Source: Pyrodictium occultum
GTDB taxonomy: Archaea > Thermoproteota > Thermoprotei_A > Sulfolobales > Pyrodictiaceae
Assembly (NCBI RefSeq): GCF_001462395.1
Contig: NZ_LNTB01000001.1
Coordinates: forward strand, 510,001-542,000
Reading direction: 5' to 3'
Length of the DNA stretch: 32,000 nucleotides
In this document: one piece after another, positions 16,675-24,172 of the stretch
How positions within the stretch are numbered: the stretch's first letter is position 1
Layout: every line of letters starts with the position of its first letter
Notes under the pieces: generated by a model
Told to the model about the DNA's origin: nothing
Databases searched by the model: none
What the model saw: only the letters and a program-made list of their open reading frames with translations
Position numbers and translations under genes: made by a program

Positions 16675-17430
16675 GTGGCATCCACAGCGTCCAAGGAGAA
16701 GCAGAAGATACGGGAGCAGGTGTGGAGACTGCTCGAGGAGCGCGGCGTGGCTGCCTTCCCCAGGCCTGTGTACGGCCGTATACCAAACTTCCTCGGCGCC
16801 AGGGAGGCTGCCGCCCGCCTGGCCGAGACCCCGGAGTGGAAGCGCGCCCGGGTGGTGAAGGTTAACCCGGACGCGCCCCAGAAGTGGGTCCGGCTCGCGG
16901 CTCTCCGCGAGGGCAAGCTAGTCGTAATGGCTAGTCCGAGGCTCCGCGAGGGCTTCCTCCTCCTAGACCCGGGGGAGATACCCAGCACCCTCTACGAGAA
17001 GGCCGCCACCATACGAGGCGCCTTCCAGCTCGGGAGAAGGATTACTATAGACGAGCTACGATCAATGGGTGGCATAGACCTCGTAGTTGCAGGCTCTGTG
17101 GCGGTGGACCGGAGAGGCCGCCGCGTCGGGAAGGGGGAGGGCTATGCCGAGATAGAATATGGCGTAATGAGGGGGCTCGGGCTTATAGACGAGAATACCC
17201 CGGTGGCCACAACTATACACGACCTCCAGCTGGTGAGCCATATACCCAGGGAGCCCTACGACCTAGCGGTGGATATAGTGGCGACGCCCACCAGGCTCAT
17301 ACGCTTCGAGGCGGCTGAGAAGCCTCCAGGCATAATCTGGGACATGCTGCCCTGCAAGAAGTTCCGAGAGATACCGGTGCTCCAGGAGCTGGCTGGGAGG
17401 CTGGGTGTGGAGAAACCCTGCAGAGAATAG
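16675..17430 (+). CDS. 5-formyltetrahydrofolate cyclo-ligase family protein
   Basis: 251-aa ORF with a GTG start 2 nt after the upstream stop. It has K..IR..VW..L, GRIPNFLGAREAA and GKGEGYAEIEYG (the family GxGGGYYD-like motif). Confidence 0.7.
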   Translation: MASTASKEKQKIREQVWRLLEERGVAAFPRPVYGRIPNFLGAREAAARLAETPEWKRARVVKVNPDAPQKWVRLAALREGKLVVMASPRLREGFLLLDPGEIPSTLYEKAATIRGAFQLGRRITIDELRSMGGIDLVVAGSVAVDRRGRRVGKGEGYAEIEYGVMRGLGLIDENTPVATTIHDLQLVSHIPREPYDLAVDIVATPTRLIRFEAAEKPPGIIWDMLPCKKFREIPVLQELAGRLGVEKPCRE

Positions 17431-17432
17431 CT

Positions 17433-17978
17433 CTACGGGAGCGGGCCCTGCCAGCCTCTGGGCAGGTCGCTCACACCTCTTATGTAGAGGTAGATCACCC
17501 TCGCCAGCCCTCCCACATGGTACTTATCAACATGAACAGGCCTCCAGCCAGGCACTGCAAAGTCTAGCGTGATGACGCGTGCCCCGGGCCTCAGCTCGGC
17601 CTCTAGCTTCGGCCTAAGCTGGGCGTTAACTCTGGTGAGGAGGTACATGTACACCACCGTGGCGTCCCTAAGCTCGACGTTGAAGAAGCTATCGTTGATA
17701 AACTCTATTTTATCGTATACGCCCTCCCTCCTAGCATTCTCCTTAGCCTTCTCTATCAAGTCGCGGCGTATCTCGACACAGACAGCCCTCGCCCCCCTCT
17801 TGGCGGCCTCTATCGCGACTCTACCATCCCCGCATCCGAGGTCGTAGAACACGTCATTCTCTCCAACCTTAGCTACGCGCATAACATGGCCTATCAGCTG
17901 CCGCCTTGTGGGCACCCAGGGGACGTCATAGACCCCTATCAGGGGTAGTGGCAGCGCAGCGAATACGCCTAGAACCAT
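17433..17978 (-). CDS. Crenarchaeal protein-lysine methyltransferase aKMT-like (class I SAM MTase)
   Basis: 181-aa ORF. The string VPWVPT...VFYDLGCGDGRVAIEAAKRGA.AV.VEI...I..A..N....GV...I.....FF.V.L.DATVV.MYLL..VN..LRPKLE.EL.PG.RV matches my memory of Sulfolobus aKMT almost motif for motif. Confidence 0.7.
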   Translation of the reverse strand: MVLGVFAALPLPLIGVYDVPWVPTRRQLIGHVMRVAKVGENDVFYDLGCGDGRVAIEAAKRGARAVCVEIRRDLIEKAKENARREGVYDKIEFINDSFFNVELRDATVVYMYLLTRVNAQLRPKLEAELRPGARVITLDFAVPGWRPVHVDKYHVGGLARVIYLYIRGVSDLPRGWQGPLP

Positions 17979-18110
17979 GCCCCTCCCCGCCGACTCTAGA
18001 TCATCCGAGCCGCTGATATTGTATTCGCAGCAGGGGCTTAGCTATGTGGCCGCCCCCACATATTACGCAGAAGCGGGTTAGTATTCCTTAACGTGTACCC
18101 CGCTGTCTGA

Positions 18111-19010
18111 GTGCTGGGAGGGCCGGCTTTGGGCAAGCCCGGTAGCCGCGAGGGACGTCTTGCTACAAGCCTGTCAAATCCGATTGAGAGGATTGAGGAA
18201 AGGCGTCTAGACAACGCTACGTGGCAGCTTATAATAAACCAGATAGAAAGGATAAAGCAGGTATACGACTACATGAATAAGATAATGTCGCTAGGCATTG
18301 AGGACAGGGTTAGACATGATGCTGTAGACCTTGTAGCCCGGCTGCTTGGAGGCGTGGAGGCGCATAGCCAGCCTGTTGTAGTGGATGTAGGTAGCGGGCC
18401 CGGCTCCTCGGTAAGAGTCATACGTAGGATGCTCCCCCACAGCTTCGTAGTAGCCGTTGATCCCTCCGTCCAGCTTCTAGCCTCAGCGTGCACCGGGCCT
18501 CTCTGCGACCGCGTAGCCGCGGTAGCGGAGAGTCTGCCAGTACGTAGTGGCGGCGCAGACTTTGTAACGAGCTTCTACGCCTCGCGGGACTTCAGGTCGC
18601 TATCCTCCGCATTGTACTCGATGATATCTGCTGCTAGAAGGGCCGTAGTTATAGGAGACGTGTTCCTGCCGCGCCAGCTGGTTCGGAGGCTACTTGTGAG
18701 GTCTTGGATATGCTGGGCTGTCCCGGTCCTCGCCTTCGTGTTCGCTAGGAGGTATTGGGGCCTGTACCGGGGGCTATGCATAACCATAAGGGGGTGGTGC
18801 GATGTAGAGGAGCTTGGGCACTACGTGGAGCACCTTTCGCAGAGCCTAAATAGAGCTGCTGTTGTGCATATGCGCAAGTATATGCTCGGAGGATTAGGGT
18901 ATGTCGCAGCAATATTCGGCGAGGAGGGTGCTGGTAGCTATAACGGGGGCCAGCGGGATAGTATACGGGGTAAGGCTTGCGGAAACCCTCAACTCGATGA
19001 AGATGCTTGA
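18111..19010 (+). CDS. UbiE/MenG-like SAM-dependent methyltransferase (quinone biosynthesis-like), divergent
   Basis: 299-aa ORF with VYDYMNKIMSLGIEDRVR (compare the UbiE YD.MN..MS.G.H..WR), VVDVGSGPGSS (motif I) and FYASRDF (compare FGLRN). The start is uncertain. The last ~36 codons overlap ubiX in another frame. Confidence 0.55.
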   Translation: MLGGPALGKPGSREGRLATSLSNPIERIEERRLDNATWQLIINQIERIKQVYDYMNKIMSLGIEDRVRHDAVDLVARLLGGVEAHSQPVVVDVGSGPGSSVRVIRRMLPHSFVVAVDPSVQLLASACTGPLCDRVAAVAESLPVRSGGADFVTSFYASRDFRSLSSALYSMISAARRAVVIGDVFLPRQLVRRLLVRSWICWAVPVLAFVFARRYWGLYRGLCITIRGWCDVEELGHYVEHLSQSLNRAAVVHMRKYMLGGLGYVAAIFGEEGAGSYNGGQRDSIRGKACGNPQLDEDA

Positions 19011-19509
19011 AGCGGTGATATATACGCGCAGCGCGGAGCTCGTGGCGAGAGAGGAGATGGGGCGTAGTCTGGTAGACCTGCTCGGGGGGCTCGATGCCCC
19101 AGTCTACCGTGATGACGAGCTGGATGCGCCATACGCCAGCAGTAGCAGGATCCCGGCGGGGGGTATGGCCGTAGCCCCCTGCAGCACCCGCACCCTGGCA
19201 GCGGTTGCCCACGGAATCGCCGATAACCTGGTGGCGCGGGCGGCGCTGGCAACCCTCCGCCTCCGCCGCCGCCTCGTCCTAGTGGTGCGCGAGACCCCTC
19301 TCGGCCTGGCGGAGATACGCAACATGCTCCTGGCAGCCGAGAACGGGGCCACGGTGCTCCCTGCCTCGCCGGCCTTCTACCACCGGCCCAGAACCATAGA
19401 GGATATGGTGATGTTTATAGTAGGTAAGGTTCTGGATGCCCTTGGGATTGAGCACGGGCTGTACAGGAGGTGGCGTTTGGAGGAGCCTGGGCCTCTGGGC
19501 GGGGGCTGA
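18901..19509 (+). CDS. ubiX: Flavin prenyltransferase UbiX
   Basis: 202-aa ORF with RVLVAITGASGIVYGVRL, MAVAPCSTRTLAAVAHGIADNLVARAA, VVRETPL and PAFYHRP, the typical UbiX/Pad1 motifs. Confidence 0.9.
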   Translation: MSQQYSARRVLVAITGASGIVYGVRLAETLNSMKMLEAVIYTRSAELVAREEMGRSLVDLLGGLDAPVYRDDELDAPYASSSRIPAGGMAVAPCSTRTLAAVAHGIADNLVARAALATLRLRRRLVLVVRETPLGLAEIRNMLLAAENGATVLPASPAFYHRPRTIEDMVMFIVGKVLDALGIEHGLYRRWRLEEPGPLGGG

Positions 19510-19536
19510 AACCTCTGCTAGGTGTCTTGGCATGGG

Positions 19537-19968
19537 TTAGAGCAGCTCGTCGTCTATATTGTAGCCCTTCTTCCTCATTAGCCTCTCCACGCGCTGCATG
19601 GCCTCCTCCTCGGCTTCGAGCTCTTTCTCTAGATCCTCTGTCCCGGCCTCCTTCTGCCGCTTCTCCCTGGCGTAGAGGCATGTGCCGTCCGGCAGCAGAG
19701 CTTTCAGCGTGCATGCGGCGTACTGGCAGGCGCCGCCTATGCATTCGTCGCCTATCCAGCGGCAGTAGGCTGCGCGCTGCATTCTGCCGTGCACGGGCTT
19801 CCTGACCACGGTCAGCGCGTTGTTCAGGCAGCGGAAGTGGGGGCACAGCGGGTTGCACCTGCCGTCTGGGAGCGGCATGGGCCTCGGCTTCCCGCCGTGG
19901 GCGCCTCTGGGCTCCCTACGCGGCCTCCCGGGCTCTCTAGGCGGTGCACGGCCCCGGCGGAACGACAT
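19537..19968 (-). CDS. Hypothetical Cys8 protein with an Arg/Pro-rich N-terminus and an acidic coiled-coil C-terminus
   Basis: 143-aa ORF. I chose it over three overlapping alternative-frame ORFs because its C-terminal half (EKRQKEAGTEDLEKELEAEEEAMQRVERLMRKKGYNIDDELL) has normal coding character. The Cys pattern is CX3CX4C...CX6CX4CX4CX10C. Confidence 0.5.
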   Translation of the reverse strand: MSFRRGRAPPREPGRPRREPRGAHGGKPRPMPLPDGRCNPLCPHFRCLNNALTVVRKPVHGRMQRAAYCRWIGDECIGGACQYAACTLKALLPDGTCLYAREKRQKEAGTEDLEKELEAEEEAMQRVERLMRKKGYNIDDELL

Positions 19969-20090
19969 AGCCTGCCACCTCGTAGCGGGGTGCAGGGCTG
20001 GCTACCTGGCGCGGCCCGGCGCGTGCCATTACGCTGGCCCCTCCCGGAGGGGGTTGTTCACGCCAGGCTCAGTGGCACGAGGGCATCTTA

Positions 20091-20675
20091 TTAGGGCTTA
20101 CTCCATTTAAACATGAGGTATCTCACCGGTGTCTCCCCGGGCCCCGCCACGGCCAGGATGAAGGCTTTGCGGACGCTGTGGCTTAGCCTGCCGGCGCGCA
20201 CTATCTCTAACGGGTCTATCTCCCCGCCCGCCTCCACCACGTGCACCAGGTATGGGGCATGGTCTATCCCAGGCCCCTTCTCGTAGACTGCGAAGTCTGC
20301 GCCATACTTCAGCCCCGAGCGCGCGATATAGCCCTTATCGCGTAGCTCTCGATACACCTTGTACACGAGGCCAAACCGGGGTATTGCCGAGCGTGCCCGC
20401 GCAGCAAGCTCTCCCGGGCCGACAGGCCTCCCCTCCTCATCCCTGACCTCTAGAACCCCCTTCTCGGCCAGGTATACAGCCTCCACTAGCCCTAGCTCAA
20501 GCGGCGCATCGAACTCAGCGCCCCCGGGCTTTGGGATGCCCAGGGGCTTACCGTAGAACCCCAGCCTATACAGCTCGCGGGCCTCCCGGGGATCAAATAC
20601 CACAACACGCAAGCCCAGCAGGACACCGTGGAACACCATACCTTGTACCCCTGTACCACCCTGCGGTGGCACCAC
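20091..20675 (-). CDS. endA: tRNA-splicing endonuclease, catalytic subunit
   Basis: Carries YKVYRELRDKGYIARSGLKYGADFAVYEKGPGIDHAPYLVHV, the classic EndA catalytic-domain signature. The track start is a GTG at 20675. The ATG at 20639 (MVFHGVLLG...) with GGTGGT upstream is an equally good or better start. Confidence 0.9.
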   Translation of the reverse strand: MVPPQGGTGVQGMVFHGVLLGLRVVVFDPREARELYRLGFYGKPLGIPKPGGAEFDAPLELGLVEAVYLAEKGVLEVRDEEGRPVGPGELAARARSAIPRFGLVYKVYRELRDKGYIARSGLKYGADFAVYEKGPGIDHAPYLVHVVEAGGEIDPLEIVRAGRLSHSVRKAFILAVAGPGETPVRYLMFKWSKP

Positions 20676-20680
20676 CGGGG

Positions 20681-21376
20681 CTAGTGTGCCACCCGGTAGA
20701 GGGCTAGGAACTTCACATTCTCCGCGGCATCTCTCAGCATGTCAGCTATATCCTCTATCATATCCACTATGTCGCGTAGCAGCATGAGCGCCACGGTGTC
20801 GCCGCGCAGCTCCCTATACATGGCTAGTGTGAGCCGCCGGTAGAGGTTATCCACATCGTCCTCGACGCTGGTCACGAGCTGAGCATTCTCGTAGCTCTTC
20901 TTGGGGTTGGACGTCAGCGACTGTATAGCTGCCTCGAGCTGGTTGAACTCCTTCTGCAGGTTCTCGGCCATAGATGATAGTAGCTCGTTTACAGTAGAGC
21001 TGGACATATTGGTGTTAGACGCTAGGAGGTAGGACCGGTATGCTACTCCCTCGGCCATCTGCGCCACGCGCGTGAGAGCTAGGAATATATCCCTGTAGAG
21101 CGTGCCCGTGTTAAGCAGGTCTCCTAGCCGGGCAAGGTACATTAAAGCGTCCTCCTTCATAGACTCGATGCGCTCCTTAGCCTCTTTTACACGCCGATGC
21201 AGCTCTCTCAGCCTCCTATCGTCGACGTTTGTTAGGGCTGTTACCACCTCCCTTAGCCCAATAATGCTGTCAGACAAGGCCCTCACTATGCCTAGGAGCT
21301 GCTCGTTGAGGCTCTCCTCCGCTAGCGACCGGCGGCGCCGCCTCTCCATGTCGTAGTCATAGTAGTCCTCTGCCAT
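20681..21376 (-). CDS. DUF47 / PhoU-like helical-bundle protein
   Basis: 231-aa all-helical ORF. The second half (VEDDVDNLYRRLTLAMYREL....LLRDIVDMIEDIADMLRDAAENV) fits the DUF47 (PhoU_div) pattern E.E.D.L.R...L......I...LE.I.D..ED.A..I. Assigned from memory. Confidence 0.6.
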   Translation of the reverse strand: MAEDYYDYDMERRRRRSLAEESLNEQLLGIVRALSDSIIGLREVVTALTNVDDRRLRELHRRVKEAKERIESMKEDALMYLARLGDLLNTGTLYRDIFLALTRVAQMAEGVAYRSYLLASNTNMSSSTVNELLSSMAENLQKEFNQLEAAIQSLTSNPKKSYENAQLVTSVEDDVDNLYRRLTLAMYRELRGDTVALMLLRDIVDMIEDIADMLRDAAENVKFLALYRVAH

Positions 21377-21520
21377 ATGGAGGCCCCGTGCCCTCCTAGC
21401 TAGACTGGATGGGGTATTAGAACAATAATGCTCCCCGGCCTCGTGTGTAGTACGCGCTATTAGGGCTCCAGGCCGTGCAACTCTCGTGAGAGTGCCTCAG
21501 GCTCAGAGGGTAGCAGCTCC

Positions 21521-23089
21521 ATGGACGTTCTAGTGGTAGACGCTCTTGCCAGGGGCAGCTACGGCAGGAGAATAGTTACAGTCGACGCTATAGGTGCGGG
21601 TCCCCGCACTGTTGCAGGAGTACTCGAGCAGCTCGGAATAGGTGTTGAGCTAACTACTGCTGAAACCGTCTTGGATAAGCCGAGTATGCTGGAAGACTAT
21701 GATGTCCTCATGATAAGTGCTATGAGTGTTGACGAGGGTAGCGTGGCCAGGATAGTCAAGGCCTGGCGCCGACGGCGCGGGAGGAGGCCCGTAGTGGTTG
21801 GAGGCCCTATCTCCAGCGACCCATGGTTCCTGGCCCGTGTTGGAGCTGACGTGGGAGTCCACGGCGAGGCCGAGCCCGTCGTGGAGAAGCTGTTCACCGA
21901 GGGAGCAATAGACTCTGGCGTGCTCTACAAGGAGAAGCTGCGGAGCCTTTGCGGGGTAGCATACCGGGAGGAGGGCAGGGTAGTGGTGAACAAGCGCTGC
22001 CCAGTAATGCCGCGACGGGTCTGGGAAAAATACTTCCCCAGCACCCGTCTAATACGAGGCTACCCCTTCTACTGGGCCGCCCGCGTCTACGTGGAAGTCG
22101 TGCGCGGGTGTAGCAACTACACTATACCCCGCTTAGAGGGGCTTTTGCCCGAGGAGCTGCTCCCCGCGAGGCCCGTGCCGGGCTGCGCCTACTGTAGCGT
22201 AGTAAGCCTATGGGGCTATGCGAGAAGCCGCAGCATCGAGCTAGTATATAGGGAGGTAAAGGAGCTGATAAACCAGGGCGTCCGCCGCATAGTGCTGAGC
22301 GGCCCCGACTTCCTCGACTATGGAAGGGACTGGCTGGTCGAGCCGGGGCCCCTAGTAGACCCCAGGAGGCCTGGCCCAAACCTCGAGGCGGTACAGAGCC
22401 TTCTCTCAAGGCTCTCCTCGATACCGGAGATCTCCTCCGGAGAAGCGGCGATCATGGTGGAGAATGTGAAACCTAACCTTGTCACCGAGGAGGCGGCTAG
22501 AACGCTCGGCAGGTATCTCAAGGGCACCCCGGTCCATGTAGGAGCGGAGACAGGCGATCAGCGCTTGCTAGAGGTGCTGGGGAGGCCAGCCACTGTAAGG
22601 GAGACTATAGAGGCGGTCAGGAGGCTCAGACGCCATGGGCTGAGGCCCTACGTTTATATAATGTATTGTCTCCCTGGCGAGACTGCTAGAGTCGTTGAGA
22701 AAACCCTGAGACTAATGGAGGCCCTCTACCGTGCTGGCGCGGAGAAGATCACGGCCTATCGCTTTACACCCTTGCCAGGCTCGGCCCTAGGCAAGTTGGC
22801 CGGGAGAAAGCTAGACTGCCTGCCCAACCACCCCGTGAAGCTCAAGGCGGCTGAGATAAACAAGAGGGCCAAGAAGAGGATGATTGGCTGGAAACTCCGG
22901 GCAATAGTGGTCGCTAGGCACCCCAGGCTTCACAGATGGGTAGCCTACCCGCTGCATCACGGCCCGGTAGTCCTGCTGGAGGAAGAGGGGCTAGAGCCCG
23001 GCGACATAGTTGATGTCAGGATAACCGGGGTCTACTCTGATAGGATAATAGAGGGCTCTATGCTGAACATGGTGGGCCGAGCCGTCTAG
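21521..23089 (+). CDS. Flavodoxin/B12-binding-like domain + radical SAM domain + TRAM-like C-terminal domain protein
   Basis: 522-aa ORF. The N-terminal Rossmann-like module is DVLMISAMS...VVVGGP. The core has VEVVRGC(197)...24 aa...C(222)AYC(225)SV, then RRIVLSGPDF and HVGAETGD. The C-terminus is GDIVDVRITGVYSDRIIEG (TRAM/OB-like). Confidence 0.8.
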   Translation: MDVLVVDALARGSYGRRIVTVDAIGAGPRTVAGVLEQLGIGVELTTAETVLDKPSMLEDYDVLMISAMSVDEGSVARIVKAWRRRRGRRPVVVGGPISSDPWFLARVGADVGVHGEAEPVVEKLFTEGAIDSGVLYKEKLRSLCGVAYREEGRVVVNKRCPVMPRRVWEKYFPSTRLIRGYPFYWAARVYVEVVRGCSNYTIPRLEGLLPEELLPARPVPGCAYCSVVSLWGYARSRSIELVYREVKELINQGVRRIVLSGPDFLDYGRDWLVEPGPLVDPRRPGPNLEAVQSLLSRLSSIPEISSGEAAIMVENVKPNLVTEEAARTLGRYLKGTPVHVGAETGDQRLLEVLGRPATVRETIEAVRRLRRHGLRPYVYIMYCLPGETARVVEKTLRLMEALYRAGAEKITAYRFTPLPGSALGKLAGRKLDCLPNHPVKLKAAEINKRAKKRMIGWKLRAIVVARHPRLHRWVAYPLHHGPVVLLEEEGLEPGDIVDVRITGVYSDRIIEGSMLNMVGRAV

Positions 23090-23523
23090 TAGTACTTGTC
23101 GACTATTACCTGCAGCTTGCTGGCCAGCTCCTCTATCTTGTTTAGGTCCTCCTCTATCAGCTCCCGGCTCTCCTCTATCAGCCTGGCTCCACGCTTCGCC
23201 AGTAGAAGCGCCTTGTTTAGTAGATCGCGCTCATACTCCATACCGACTATAATCATGTACTCGCTTAGCGTCGCTATATTGTCCCTAACCTCTGACGCCA
23301 CAGAGTCCAGGTTCACGGGGCCCTGGAGGCTATTCTCTAGCCTCTGGCGCAGCACCCTCAACCGCCTTAGGTAGGTGAGAACGAGCGCTTGCAGTTCTTC
23401 GTCTCCAGTATCCCTCCTAAGCCTCGAGAGGGCTCGGTTAAGCGACCGCACTATCTTGGCGTGTCTATCCGCCACGTCTTCAAGCGTCCGCAGCAGCTTG
23501 TAGGGGTCTACAGCCTCGGCCAT
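23086..23523 (-). CDS. Hypothetical helical/coiled-coil protein
   Basis: 145-aa ORF with typical codon use and no recognisable motif. It shares a CTAG stop with the convergent radical SAM gene. Confidence 0.55.
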   Translation of the reverse strand: MAEAVDPYKLLRTLEDVADRHAKIVRSLNRALSRLRRDTGDEELQALVLTYLRRLRVLRQRLENSLQGPVNLDSVASEVRDNIATLSEYMIIVGMEYERDLLNKALLLAKRGARLIEESRELIEEDLNKIEELASKLQVIVDKYY

Positions 23524-23663
23524 GCCGAAGCCACCCTGGGAGCCGCCGGAGGAGAGGAAGGGACTCCCCGGCTCCTATAACGGGGCCGGCCCTCTCGTCT
23601 ATAAGCGGTTGCCTCTCCAGGCGTCCTCTCCACAGCGTAGCCTTGAGCTAGCACCCTGTCCCC

Positions 23664-23668
23664 AAAAA
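23664..23668 (-). terminator. T5 tract on the minus strand, 25 nt downstream of the 23693..24091 gene
   Basis: AAAAA on the plus strand equals UUUUU in the minus-strand transcript. An inverted repeat GCTAGCCTAGGAGCTAGC lies adjacent to the stop. Confidence 0.3.
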
Positions 23669-23692
23669 CGCGTAAGATGGCTAGCCTAGGAG

Positions 23693-24091
23693 CTAGCTCC
23701 GGGCTATCCTTACAGTCACTATGGTGTTGTCGGAGACCCCGTACTCCGGTAGGTTAGTGCCGTTAACCCATATCTCGTTAGGAGGAACACTATCATCCTT
23801 CTCGACACGGTAGCGGAATCTATGCCTGCGTGCAACCACAACCTCTATGTACTCGCCCTCACCTATCTCCTTCAGAAGCTCCGGGTTAACCTTGGCTATA
23901 CCCTCCTTTAACTCATTGTGGAAGCGTAGCCTCACCCTGCGCTCCCGCTGCCTCTTCTCCCTTCCAAGCACCTGGGATGCAGGGGGTATCATTGAGATCG
24001 CAGTCTTCACATCTATCTTCTTCTTGGGAAGCTCCTCCTGCTGCTCTTCTTCTCTCCTAGCCTCCTCCTCGCTCATAGCCTCTACCTCCAA
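23693..24091 (-). CDS. Stand-alone Cdc48/VAT N-terminal-like (double-psi beta-barrel) domain protein with a charged N-terminal tail
   Basis: 132-aa ORF (TTG start at 24091; ATG at 24076). The string VRLRFHNELKEGIAKVNPELLKEIGEGEYIEVVV.RRHRF..RV.......NEIWVNG.NL.EYGVSDNTIVTVRIA follows the VAT-N pattern LRV.E....G.ARI.....LG...GD.VEI.G.......V.......I...G..R.N.GV..GD.V.VR.A. Confidence 0.55.
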   Translation of the reverse strand: MEVEAMSEEEARREEEQQEELPKKKIDVKTAISMIPPASQVLGREKRQRERRVRLRFHNELKEGIAKVNPELLKEIGEGEYIEVVVARRHRFRYRVEKDDSVPPNEIWVNGTNLPEYGVSDNTIVTVRIARS

Positions 24092-24172
24092 GAGGTGGGG
24101 ATAGTTCCACGTAGCAGGTTTAATAGCTACTCTATATTCTACAACGTGCTTGTGTGTCGTGCAAGTAGCCCC

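Noticed and set aside
16527-16988. 153-aa minus-strand ORF spanning the nuclease-HTH / 5-FCL junction
   Set aside because: It is an Arg/Ser/Pro-rich shadow frame opposite two better-supported plus-strand genes.
18745-19212. 155-aa minus-strand ORF, plus 18989..19252 and 19104..19352, opposite ubiX
   Set aside because: These are shadow frames of the clearly recognisable UbiX gene. They are Arg/Pro/Gly-rich low-complexity translations.
19415-20110. Alternative ORFs 19415..19858(-), 19470..19805(+), 19789..20094(+) and 19820..20110(+) overlapping the Cys8 gene region
   Set aside because: All are Arg/Ala/Pro/Gly-rich translations typical of non-coding frames in very GC-rich DNA. Only 19537..19968(-) has a segment with normal protein-like composition. 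The choice remains uncertain, as flagged in the findings.
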